From positions 124,001-187,286 of the forward strand of contig JAPEUI010000025.1 in the NCBI GenBank assembly GCA_026025075.1: a stretch of DNA of 63,286 nucleotides. Reading direction: 5' to 3'. The notes below the pieces were generated by a model. The model was given only the letters and a program-made list of their open reading frames with translations. It made no database searches and was not told where the DNA came from. This DNA comes from Vezdaea acicularis. Lineage: Eukaryota. Below are positions 28,032-41,603 of this stretch, one piece after another (position 1 is the stretch's first letter; every line of letters begins with the position of its first letter). The translations under genes and the position numbers were made by a program.

Positions 28032-30631
28032 ACTTGTGCGGTTACCCAAGACAGCCCCTGTGGCAGGACCTCGCCTGTACCACAAGCTACTTATCAAAAA
28101 GTTCGAGGCATCGGAGGGTTTCCATTATCATCTATATCAGACATCTAGCTTTTGCATCACCGGGGGGGCATGATAGCGGGCAGCGGAGGTAACAACATTG
28201 ACTTTCACTCTGTTTGATTTAGTCCCGGTCTCTCCCACAACCACCCAACAGACAGCAAGCAAGCAAGCCTGCTCGTCACTCCGGTCTATCCATAGTCTGC
28301 TGGAGACTTCATGTCCTGCACCGTCCTTACTAGCAGTGGCGCCATCCCCTACACCGTCGGAAACCGGCCGTGAAGCACTCGTTGCTCCTGTGGAAGGGAG
28401 GGCTTCCTCGAAATTTGATCGACAATAGGGATTGCACGATTGGGTTGGGCCCCTCAGTACATGAAACCTGTAGCTTAGCCAGCTCGAACGGCGTACATAG
28501 GAGCATCTGCATCTGCATTCTTTAACTTTTAAATAAAGCGACACCGCGTCGAAGGAAGTGAGTGATCTGAATCGCGTGATCTTTCCTCGTAGCATTCATC
28601 CGTGCTTCTATCCGTCTATTTGGTTGAGCCGATCATCAGGCAGCAACAGCAGCACCCATCGACCCCCCATCATCCGGCAGCCCTATCTCCGCCCGCCCGT
28701 ACCCCTTCACCATCACTACTCCCTCCCTCCCCCTCACTTCCCTACCCGGCCGCCCGAAAGAAGGCAGAGCGGCCCGCCTGATCTTTCCTAAGGTAGCACG
28801 CCAGTCCTGCCCTGACCCTGCCGACGCGGCAGAGCCTCCTTCCCGCCTCGTCACGCGGGGGGTGATGGGTGTGTGGGTAGTCTGGTACGGGTGCACGGGT
28901 GCGTGTATGTAACGGGGAGGGCAGGAGTGGAGTTGTTTCCTCCCGTTACCCTTCTTTCCGCACCTTCTCCATTAGGGCAGAGGGAAGGAGCAGTGTTCTC
29001 TTGTGGGGAGATGGCTGGGGTTCGTTCGGTGGATGGGGAAGGAGAGGAGGGAGGAGGCTGTGCTGGGGAGTTGTGGGGAAATTATGTCTTGGATGATGTC
29101 ATTTGGAGATAGTGATTGTGGAGGGGAGTGTGGGATCGACGGGAGGGGAGGGGATGGGTTGGGATGTCGAGTATGTCTTTGCTCTTACACGGGTTAGTAA
29201 TCTGGCTGACGCCTTGGTTGATCGAACGAGTGACAATTCCCTTTTACAGAAACCCGCCCTCGCTGGTACCTGCCACGCCCAACCAGCCTCCTCATTATCC
29301 TCGGCAGCAGCGGCACTCCTTCCCCCGTCTCGTTCCTGGAAACGGGGGGGGAGACATTGCGCGTGGCGGAGAAAAGTCGTTAGTCGTTATATTGGGTGGA
29401 TGCAGGACATCGCGAGGGAGGGAGCGAGCAGCCAACCAAACCAACCCTATTGTCTCCGCGGCGTGACAGGCGACCGTCGTGGGTGGCGTGGTGGTGCCTG
29501 GCCCTGATCATCGCCGCGATTAACAAGTTCCATGCTCTGTCTCACTTCGCACGGCGGCCGCGGCGCGCGGTGGGCAGGTGAAAGCGAGAGGAGGGCAGCG
29601 CGTGCCGATGGAGCTGATACGCCGCTGGAGAATGATGGGGCTGCAGATCCGCCCCTTTTTGCTTCGTCTTTTCTCCTAATGAATAAGCCGGATGGAGAGC
29701 TGGATGTTGTTGGGGCAGCATTTGGCGGCTGGCGATCTCGTGGCATGTGCGCGCGGCGATCGCCGTCGCTTTCCCCGGATCTGCGGCCGCGGGTTTAATG
29801 AGTCGGTCTCGCTTGTTGCGCATGATGCTTTGCGGATCATCGTGATGCAAGTGATGCAAGTGATGCTTCGTCGGCGATCATGGACAAAGCTGCGGCTTCG
29901 TCGGCAGCCAGGTCTTGTCCACTTGCATTGCTGCAGCGCGGTCGTGCTTCTCATGCGTCCTGCACCTGCGTCATGTCTCAACCGGGCTCGAGGAGGGGGA
30001 GAGGGAGGGAGGGGAGGGGAGGGGAGCGGAGTGGAGTGGAGCGGAGGAGATGGGGGGTCGGTGCGGAGGTGCGGTGGTGCGGTGGTGCCTGGCTGATGAA
30101 ATGCGGCGTTCCCGTTCCTGCCGCCCCGAAATGAGGGACGCCCACGCTGCATCGGTCCCTCTCTCTCGCCCTGAATCCTCTGCCTGCGTCCGCCACGCCC
30201 AACTTTTTTCTCTGCCCGAGCTCGTGACCCGCCGACGCAGCAGCCACAATCTTAGCTGACTTTTTCTGCTCGCGCTGTGTGGCTACCGCTGCGCCGGTAA
30301 CAGCAGCAAGCAAGTGGCAGCGCCCGCACCCATCACCACCTCCTCCACCACCACCGGCACCACCCTCACCAGCCGTATACTCGCGAGCAAATCACCGGTG
30401 ACGCAGTTGTCTTGCACGACCGACGCTGGCTGCCATCCGGGCCTTATATACGGCGCCAATCGCTACTTGCGAATGCTCTACGGAGCTGTGAAGCGGCGAT
30501 TCCCTGTCTTGAAGCTCGACTCTGCATAACACTCGAACGCTGGAGCCTCACTTCTACAAACCTCCTCCGCCGCCGCTCCTGAACATCTTCCGCTTCATAG
30601 GCCGGACGCATCGGGCCCCTCGACGGCCACC

Positions 30632-32165
30632 ATGGCGGGGCAAGACGACAGCACCTCCACCACGGCGGCAGACAAGCCCGCCGTGCTGATAATAGGCGGC
30701 ATGGGTACGTTTTCCCCCTCTCATCTTTCCCCACAAGCTTCCATGCTTTTCCCCCCGTATTCCTTTTTGGCGGTTTGATCCCGTCCCCACAAGCTTCCCC
30801 ACAGCTAACCATTTTTATGAGCGCAACAGGCTACATCGGCCGCTTTCTCGCGCTGCACATCCACAAGCACAAGTTGGCCTCCGAGGTGCGATTAGTTGAC
30901 AAGGTGCTCCCGCAGCTGGCCTGGCTGGCGCCGGAGTTCAAGGAGGCGTGCTCCCCGGACAAATTCGTGCAGGCGGACGCTTCGAAGGAGCGTATGTTCT
31001 CCCTTCCGCTTAATCCCGCTGTGGATGAGAGCTTCCCTCTCGATGGCGTGGAGGGGCCCAATTGCCCCCGCTATACTCACATTGACCTAAAACCTCAACA
31101 GCCCTTATCTCCTCTCATTCCCTCGCCACTTACTCACCAGGCTAATTCGTTCCGATGAACACAGAATCCATGCCCCGGATATACGACCGTGCAAACGGCA
31201 AAGAATTCGACTACGTCTTCAACTGCGGCGGCGAGACGCGGTACTCGCAAGAAGACGAAGTATACCGGCTCCGCTCGCTGAACCTCTCCCTCTGCGCCGG
31301 CCGCGAAGCCGCCCGTCGGCACATCCCCGTCTTCGTCGAAGTGTCCACCGGCATGGTCTACGACCCGAAGTCCGCCCCCCGCAAGGAGACCGACAAGACC
31401 AAACCCTGGACGGCCATGGCGCGGTACAAGCTGCTCGCCGAGGAGGAGCTGTCGAAGATCGACGGCCTGAACCTGGTCGTGCTCCGCTTGGCGCATGCGT
31501 ACGGCGAGTACGACACGAAATTCGTGGCGACGGCGCTCACGCTCGCGAGGGTCTATCAGGCGCTGGGAAAGGAGATGCGCTGGCTCTGGACTCGCGATCT
31601 GAAGGTCAACACCGTGCATATCACCGACGTGGCGCGCGCGCTGTGGGCGAGCGCGGAGTGGTATCGGGCGGGGAAGAAGGGCTGGGACGAGAAGTGCGGC
31701 AAGGTCCCGCTCTTCAACATCGTGGATCACGGCCAAACCTGTACGTTCTCCTAGCCTTTTACTTGTAACCCCCACATCCTCCTACTACGACTAACCCCCA
31801 TGCTTCAACCCCCAACAGCACAAGGCACACTCGCCCACCTCATCCACGCCCACTTCCACATCCCCACGGGTTTCCAAGGCAGCGTCATCTCCTCCTTCGC
31901 CCGCCTCAACCTCGACGACGTCGTCGACGACGTCAACGACGAGATCCTTGGCCCCTGGGCCGACCTCCTCGCCCAGGCCAACATCACCCGTCCCGGCCCC
32001 CTCAGCCCCTTCATGGAGCGCGAGCTCCTTCGCGAACAGAGCTTGAGTCTTGATGGGAGGCGCTTTGAGGAGGTCGTTGGGTTCAAGTATGAGGTCGAGC
32101 GCTTGGGGGAGGGGCAGGTCGAGCAGTGTGTGGATAGTTATCGGAGGATGGGTTGGTGGCCGTAG
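30632..32165 (+). CDS. NAD-dependent epimerase/dehydratase (extended SDR) family protein
   Basis: KPAVLIIGGMG|YIGRFL Rossmann motif, FDYVFNCGGE, YKLLAE, LRLAHAYG, VHITDVARA; three introns. Confidence 0.88.
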
Positions 32166-32671
32166 TCTTACTTTTGAGTGGGGAGAAGAGTGGGGAGGGA
32201 GAGAGAAGGGAGAGAAGAGGGGGGACGTCGATAGGTATACTTGGGAAGACACTGCGTCTGTACTTGTTCATTCTTCTTTTTCTTCTTGCATCGCCGCTTC
32301 GTTTTATGTGTGTCTTTGCGCCCCCGAATGGGCTGGGAAGGTGATGTCCCCCCCGTTCTGCTCTCCTGTACTTATATAAACATCCCGGAAGTAGCAATTC
32401 TTTATAGCTCGTACCACCCGCACCGGCGCATATATACATGACTATCCCTCTTTCCCCCCAAGAGATCCTATAAGCTTGCCCTCCCCCCTCATCCCCTCTG
32501 CGCAGACTCTACCGCACGCCCTCCGCCCTTGTATCCCCACATTCTCCACCAACGATCCCATCACCAATACCAACTTCCAACCCCACGCCGAAACCCCTTC
32601 CGTAGCACCCCACAGACCCAAGGCCACGCGAGCAGGTCGCAGACACAAACACGCGTGCACATTGAGGGTGT

Positions 32672-33059
32672 TCATGAGCTGGACAGTGCTTCGCGGCGGT
32701 GCAGGGTGCGCGAATGGCGATCTACTTCTTCAGCCATATCGGCGAGTTTCATGGTATGGGCATCGAGGTGGAGGGATTTGCCGTCTTCTACGCGCCAAGA
32801 ATGGGAAGTTAGCTTGCTCGCCGACGACTTTCCCAGGATGGTCGGGGCGGAACGGCGAGAAGGGAAGAGCAGACTCACTAAAAACGACTTCTAAGCTGGG
32901 AGGCTCGCGGCTGGTGCGGGGGAGGAGGGTGGTGGATAGTTTGAGGCCGGATTGGCGGGCGGAGGGGGGGATGAGGGAGAGGAAGAGCCGGATGGGTTTG
33001 GAGCTCCGGTGGAAGGGGTTGAAGCGGCAGGTGAGGGAGGTGAGGAAGCGGGTTTGCAT
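32672..33059 (-). CDS. MRPL44: Mitochondrial large ribosomal subunit protein mL53
   Basis: MQTRFLTSLTCRFNPFHRSSKPIRLFLSLIPP..|DGKSLHLD..EEVDRHSR resembles yeast Mrpl44 (FNPF..IPP..DRHS); one intron about 32789-32878. Confidence 0.85.
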
Positions 33060-33791
33060 TGTGGGGAAGGTGTTGGTGCAGGAGATTGTGGGATGTTGTG
33101 TGAGGTAGGGGAGGCTGAGGTTGTGTCTGGGGGGAGGGGGGTGGGTGAATGGGCTCGCGGGTATGAGGTGAGCTCGAAGCCTTATAACATCGTCAGCGTA
33201 ACAGTATTCAGCACAGCGCAATGCGCCCGCAACGACATGCATCAATCTCAGATTCTCACAGATCATGCGGACGTACCTTCTCTATCTCCCAAATCTTTTT
33301 GCAAGATGATCGAAGCAGGAATGGTGGAGTGCGGAGCTGCGATGTCTTAAATCGACAATCTGGGCGTCAGCTCAAAGCCAGCTCAACGCCAGCGCCCGGT
33401 GCGCCTGCTCGAATGCAGCGGCGCCCGTGAGACAATAGAATAAGACAGCAATGAAAACGAATCAAGATGACCCCAAAGACAATCCGATTGTGCAGCTCGA
33501 ACAAAGAAGACAAAGAAAAGTCGACGTTGCAGGGGCAGGTGCAGTGCAGGCGTACATGGGGTCCCTAAAAAAAATTTGGGGTGGGTCGCCCTCGCTAAAA
33601 TAGCCGAGTTCTTACAAGTCCACGGCGTTTAATAGACGCCGGGACTGATCTTAGAAAGTTTTGGCGCGCGCCAACCAAAATTTCTATGTAAGCGCGCCGA
33701 AGCGAATATCAAAAAGTCCCGACTTCGCATCCGCCCAACGTCTCCAACGCCAGCAGCTTATATTTTGCGATAGACGGTCCTCATATTAATT

Positions 33792-33883
33792 GTCAGGTTA
33801 GCTTAGGTGGTAACACCTAAGGGCGATGTTTCTGTTCCTAGCCTTGACTAGGAGTTGTGGGTTCGATTCCCACCTCTGCGCCA
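33792..33883 (+). ncRNA. tRNA-like element with Pol III A and B boxes; not a canonical tRNA
   Basis: A-box TAGCTTAGGTGG 33799-33810; T-arm GTGGG-TTCGATT-CCCAC 33857-33873; hairpins CTTAGGTG/CACCTAAG and TCCTAG/CTAGGA; weak acceptor pairing and no valid anticodon loop. Confidence 0.6.
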
Positions 33884-34367
33884 TTATCTCTTCTCTTATC
33901 CCCCCTCCGCCTCGCGCTTAGCTCATCCGAGTTCCCTTCGGGGGAGTAAGGGCCCTCCCTTATTTTAAGAATTCTGTTTGTTACTTTTTGGACTTTGGGG
34001 CGTCGTGGAGGTGGGCGGTGGTGGGGAGAAATCTTGAGGATCACTAAACGCCTTAAGCGCCTTAGCGAAGGTGGGCTTTGTTTTGGGGACTTTTGTTGGT
34101 TTGCGGGTAGCGCGCAGCGACCGACACCGCTCTAATACGAATGCGACCGTGGGAACAATCACGGGGGTGCACGTCAATCATCGTGGCCGAGATAGCCTCA
34201 TACAAATGCGACCGGAGGGATAATCACTGGGCGCATACTGATCGTTGTTCTGGAGGTTTTGCTCGAATCGGACTTCTAAATCGTCAACTCTACGCTCTCT
34301 AGCGTATGGGATCGCCAAATCCCGCAGACGGCGGAGCCTCGGTCCCCTCCGTCGTCATCACCGAATC

Positions 34368-35627
34368 ATGCCCCCTCTAAACCCTCAGACCCGCCTCACT
34401 GCCCTCACAGACCAAGTGAAGCAGACCTCGATACTGATAACACGCCTCTCAAAACTCTCGCTCCAGCCGGGCTCCCTACCGTTGTCCCCGAGTGCAGCGG
34501 ATCCCGACGCCAGGCTTGAGCTTGCTGCAGAGATTCACGCCTCGCTGAAGGAGCAGGACGAAGCGCTAGAGTTGCTGTGGCAGGAGGTCGAGGACTACGT
34601 ACCACAAGCTAGAGGACAGGATAGGGAAAGGGAAAAGGCTGGATTAAGAGCCCAGGCGGGAAGGATAGCGGAGGATCTGAAGCTGTTCGTACAGGACACC
34701 TTTCCATTTTCTCCATATGTGTCAATGCAATCACGGGGCTAATGATACTGATTGAATCACAGAGCCCGTACCTCATTCCGTCGCGCGCAGCTAACATCGA
34801 AACGCAACGCCGAAGCTGCAAAGCGCAAAGAGCGCTCTCTCCTCTTCTCCGGCGCTGCAAACCAGTCGACACGAAGAGCCGGCAAGGAGAAGCTCACACA
34901 AGAAGGGCTCGTCGTCAACGCCTCAACTGATGTTACGGCCGCGTTGAGAAGGACACACAATCTGATGAGCAGTGAACTGAGCAGGTCTCAATTCGCTCAC
35001 GATACACTTCAACAGTCTACGGCCGCTCTCGCGACCCTTGGCGAACACTATAGCACCCTCGACGACCTCCTAGCTTCCTCTCGAAACCTCCTCTCGACCT
35101 TGATACATTCGCAAAAGAGCGACACTTGGTACCTCGAATCCGCTTTCTACGTCCTTCTTGTTACGATCGCCTGGCTAGTGTTTCGACGGTTTCTATACGG
35201 GCCACTTTGGTGGCTGGTTTACCTTCCCTTGAAGCTGTTCTACAAGAGCACCGTTGCAATATTGGTGGCATTGGGCGTTGGAAATACAAATAAATCTGAG
35301 CTTGGACTGGCAAGTTCTAGTCTAATCGTGCAGCCAAGTGCGACTGGCGGTTTGCCCAAGTACGGAGCAAGAATGGGTGATCAGCAAATAAACGTGGGTG
35401 CTGGTGGAAGGGGCGTTGCTGGAGAGGACAAGGACAGGCCCTTGAATGAAGGAGAACGTCTGAGTGAGGAGGTGGGAAGGATGGCCGAGGATGCAAGGGC
35501 TGAGGGCGATGAGAAAGCGGGCCAGGGCGAAAGTGCGGACGATGTGAAGCCAAATCCCAAGAAAAGGATGTGGGAAGAAGACAAGGAGGCTGCGAAGGCA
35601 GAGGAGCGACCCAGAGATGAACTGTAA
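34368..35627 (+). CDS. SEC20: ER t-SNARE Sec20
   Basis: ASTDVTAALRRTHNLMSSELSRSQFAHDTLQQSTAAL..SRNLLSTL..KSDTWYL then TM segment, C-terminal RDEL; intron about 34686-34761. Confidence 0.92.
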
Positions 35628-36163
35628 AATAAGGAACAATCTTGCTTTGAATTGGGACTACCTGTAGCATGAAATTTCAGTTTCCAGTTGAGAAAGATTA
35701 TCAGTCAACACAGGAGCGCCAGAACGGTCTCTTGTTGCCTATGTGGCCGCGGGCAAGCCCTTTAAAGCCAGGATTTGAGGGTCCTGACAAATGCTATAGT
35801 AGTATGGATTGGCATACCACCAAAACCACAGCCTGTATCCTTCTTCGTCTCATGCTGGCTGCTCCCAAAGATCATTACCTTGTCCAGACTGTCTCACGTC
35901 GCCGTTGAAGCTAAGGACTACAAAGTGGCGTGGGATTCGCCGGCTGTAGCCGCAAGCTCAACCTCGGCAATTGGTGCCTGCGTCGTTCACAGCGTTTGGG
36001 CAGACCTTCTGACGGTAAACCTCTTTCAATGGGCTCAAGAGAGTAGGAAGAAATCCTTGTGTTTAGTCCAGTTGCGCAATTGGCAGATGATCTCATCTAC
36101 TTGCTTTTCGTAAGATTGATTTCAGCTGAGCCTTTCGCATCTTCAACGCGTCTGGTCTTCACA

Positions 36164-37926
36164 ATGGCTGCAAGACGATTACTCCAAAGTACGAGGCCCT
36201 CCATTAGGTTTCGAGCAGCTCCCACTCGTCCCACATACTTTTTGAACAAGGGGAGACCAGATATCTTATTACCAAGAATAGTTTCGAACCAATTGCACGC
36301 TTCCCCCAAATCTCTCAATACCGCCGCAGCTTCTACAGCCCAAGAATTTCCTCATACGCATGAGCAGATCCAAGAACCCCTTGATACTCGGAATTTCCTA
36401 GACAACGAGTTTACCTCTTCTCAAGCGTCCACATGGATAGATCTGCATGATCCTGCAACCAACAATCTTGTTACTCGCGTCCCGCAAAGCACAGAAGACG
36501 AGCTCAAAGCGGCCGTTAAAAGTGCGGCGAAAGCATTTCCAGAATGGAAAGCAACGAGCATACTAGCGCGGCAGCAGATAATGTTCAAGTTTGTTGCGTT
36601 GATCAGAGAGAATTGGGACCGTCTGGCCGCAAGCATCACGCTCGAGCAGGGTAAGACCTTCGCAGACGCGAAGGGGGATGTGCTGCGAGGGCTGCAAGTT
36701 GCAGAGACAGCATGTGGGATCACTACTCAGATGACGGGAGAACTCCTTGGGGTTGCGAAAGACATGGAGACTAGGAGTTATAGGGAGCCTCTAGGGGTTG
36801 TGGCAGCGATCTGCCCGTTCAGTTCGTCTCTCTACCGCTGATGCTCGAGACTTCATTGACCAGCCTAGACTTTCCTGCGATGATACCTCTATGGTCTATA
36901 CCTATTGCATGTGTTACGGGAAACACACTCATCCTGAAGCCTTCTGAGCGGGACCCAGGCGCAGCTATGATTCTCGCCGAGCTCGCAAAGGCTGCTGGTC
37001 TTCCGGCCGGCGTTCTCAATATTGTTCACGGCAGCGCTAAGACGGTAGACTTCATCCTCGACGCTCCCGAGATTAAAGCAATCTCTTTCGTGGGTAGCAA
37101 CCGCGCTGGCGAGTACATATTTACACGAGGGTCTGCAAACGGAAAGCGCGTGCAAGCCAATCTAGGGGCGAAGAACCATGCTGCAGTCCTGCCCGATGCA
37201 AATAAGAATCATGCATTGAATAGCATCGTTGGAGCAGCATTTGGAGCTGCGGGTCAGAGATGCATGGCGCTTTCAACTCTAGTGATGGTCGGACAGACGA
37301 AGGAGTGGTTGCCAGAGATCGCAACACTCGCCAGCAAGCTCAATGTTAACGGTGGCTTTGAACAGGGTGCAGATCTCGGACCTGTGATCTCACCACAGAG
37401 CAAGGAACGGATCAAAGCTCTTATTCAGAGCGCCGTTGACGAAGGTGCTACTATACTCCTGGATGGTCGCGGTGTCAAGCCAGCGAAGTATCCAAACGGT
37501 AATTGGATTGGCCCGACAGTCATCACAGACGTAAAGCCCCATATGAAATGTTATACCGAGGAGATATTCGGTCCAGTCCTGGTCTGCCTCAACGCCCCCA
37601 CACTCAATGCAGCAATCGACCTCATTAACGCCAACGAATATGGCAACGGAACTGCCATCTTCACGAGGAGTGGTGCCAATGCGCAGCGTTTCCAGTCTCG
37701 GATCGAAGCCGGCCAAGTCGGCATCAACGTCCCGATTCCAGTGCCGCTTCCAATGTTTAGCTTTACAGGAAACAAGAGGAGTGTCGCTGGTGGCGGAGCC
37801 AGTACGTTCTATGGAAAGCCGGGCCTGAATTTCTACACACAGTACAAAACTGTTACTTCGTTGTGGAAAGAAGAGGATGCGGGAGAGGGCAGTGACAAAG
37901 GGGTGCACATGCCGACACAGAGTTAG
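36164..37926 (+). CDS. Methylmalonate-semialdehyde dehydrogenase (acylating), mitochondrial (ALDH6 family)
   Basis: [74 protein letters not shown]; intron 36822-36868. Confidence 0.95.
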
Positions 37927-38073
37927 GTTTAGGAATCTCAATCGTGTATACACATTGAGAGGGCAGCGTGGACTGTATGAGCAAGTTGCGAACTTTAGCG
38001 ACACTCACAATCAGAAGCTCCACCACTGGTGGATGCGTCGTCGTATTCCTTGGGCGCAACAACTTTGCGAGTC

Positions 38074-39420
<1,347 letters not shown>

Positions 39421-39700
39421 TCAATAGTGGCTAAGGATGGTAGAAACACTGAATGCTCGCAGAGAGCCGGAGGTGTGACTGAGAAATTTCGATATCACGT
39501 GCAATTGACGCGAACATGACGGCGCTTTTGCAGGAAAGCTCTCAGGGACGAGAAGAGAGAGACGCAGGTCTCCAGAACGCCATCTACCCGAACTATCGCA
39601 TCAAACCAACTGGCTCCTGCCTCACCTCTTTAGGCTACAGAATTATATATTGAGGCGCTTCCTCTCTCTGATATCCAATATCATATGCGTCGCATCCTGC

Positions 39701-41081
39701 ATGACTCCCTTCCAGACCCCCTTTCCCATAGTATTGAGAACCAGTAAAAGCAGCTCCCTTCCGCACCTGCAGCGGTTGTTCCGACGCCGGCCTTCAGCAC
39801 GTTTCGGAACGCTGGCTCCCCCCACCGCCAATAAGCCCCCCACCACGGATACTAAAACGGTCAGGTCGCACACCATATCACAGCGCACCGCCCAGATCGC
39901 TCGTCACCTTTCTTCCTCACCCTCACAAAAACTTAGTGAGCCAATTGAGTCTCCTACCACTCAAAAAGAGACTTTCAATATGTCGAAGTTTACCGTCAGA
40001 AAGGTGGGGGCGCCTTACACGCTCGAGCATCGGGTGTTCATTGAGAAAGATGGGAAGCCCTGCTCACCGTTCCATGACATTCCGCTCTATGCGAACGATC
40101 AGCAGACGATTTTGAATATGGTCGTCGAGATTCCAAGGTGGACAAATGCTAAGCTTGAGGTGAGCCAGTCAGGTTTACGATTGACCTTTTCAGAGAAATG
40201 GGAGCTCTCAATTCTTGAGTTGACGATTGGATAACATCTTGAATTTTCAAACTACCACATTGCTGACTCCCACTCCTTTAGATCTCCAAAGAAGAGACCC
40301 TGAACCCTATTAAGCAAGACATAAAGAAGAACAAGCTTCGTTTCGTCCGAAACTGTTTCCCCCATAAAGGATATCTCTGGAATTACGGTGCTTTCCCTCA
40401 GGTACCACATGAATTTCTTCATAATTCCGCATTATGCTAATTGAGCACGTACAAGACCTGGGAAGATCCCAACGTGATTCACCCTGAGACTAAGGCGAAG
40501 GGCGACGATGACCCCCTTGACGTTTGTGAGATTGGTGAGCTTGTTGGTTATACAGGCCAGGTCAAGCAAGTCAAGGTCCTTGGTGTAATGGCTCTCTTAG
40601 ACGAGGAAGAGACCGATTGGAAGGTCATCGTCATCGACATTAATGACCCATTGGCCCCTAAACTCAACGACATTGAGGACGTGGAAAGGCATCTTCCTGG
40701 CCTTCTCCGAGCCACTAACGAGTGGTTCCGAATCTATAAAATCCCGGATGGTAAGCCAGAAAACCAGTTTGCATTCTCAGGTGAATGCAAAAATAAAAAG
40801 TATGCTTCCGATATTGTTCGGGAATGTGGTGAAGCTTGGGATAGACTCATCACTGGCAAGACAAATCCGGGTGGCATCTCGATGTAAGTGGTCCTCCGCG
40901 CGAACGTATGCAGGCCAGGCGCTAACAGTTGCATCACAGTACGAACCTAAATGTCGCTCATTCTCCTTCCCGTGTCGATCCAAGCCTGATTCAAACAATC
41001 CCGAGGGGCGAGAACTTACCGCCTGCACCCATCGATCCCAGCATTGACAAATGGTTCTTCATCTCTGGTGCCGCAGTATAG
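39701..41081 (+). CDS. IPP1: Soluble inorganic pyrophosphatase (family I); second in-frame ATG at 39980
   Basis: [69 protein letters not shown]; three introns. Confidence 0.95.
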
Positions 41082-41603
41082 GTCGGCTATAGATGCATCT
41101 AAGCGGGATTATAAGAATCATCTAGAGTCTCTAAACCTAGACGCTGGTTGAAGTCTCGAAATACGCTCCGAAGATGCTCAGGCTGACAATTCCCACGGTA
41201 CAGCGTTCTCGACCATTATAGGCGTTGCGTTAGTACAAAAAGCTACAATGCATGTTATTGCCTTGCATGTTTCCTTCACTAAAGGCCTTGCATCATTATT
41301 AGCCTATCATCACTCTTAATCTCTGCACAAGTCGTCTTTAATTGCTAGTTCCTATGATTGGCGGAAGCTTGCGTTGAGCTCGTCATGCAGTGAAGCCCCC
41401 CACCACTAGCGTCGGAACTTCTTCTCTCACGGAAGTCCGTCCCCGCCAGCCACCCGTACTTAACCTGTCAACACATGAATGAGGATAGCTGTAATCAAAA
41501 TTAGTTCTTGAGAATACAACATTCGCCATTCATCAGATCCAATTTCCCCTTATCTTCCTCAGAAATATAGCATTACACAGCTGGTTCCGAATAACTAGTC
41601 GAA

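Noticed and set aside
29842..29866. GTGATGCAA repeated about three times (also GATGT repeated near 51068-51086)
   Set aside because: Short microsatellite-type repeats without spacers; not CRISPR-like
28200..30600. Telomerase RNA in the long TOP1-epimerase spacer
   Set aside because: Only 7-nt partial matches to a TTAGGG template (AACCCTA; CTAACCC on the minus strand) and no recognisable pseudoknot or CR4/5
33792..33883. Selenocysteine tRNA or tRNA-Leu reading of the tRNA-like element
   Set aside because: The long D-like stem with a 4-nt loop is suggestive, but there is no UCA (or other valid) 7-nt anticodon loop and no well-paired acceptor stem
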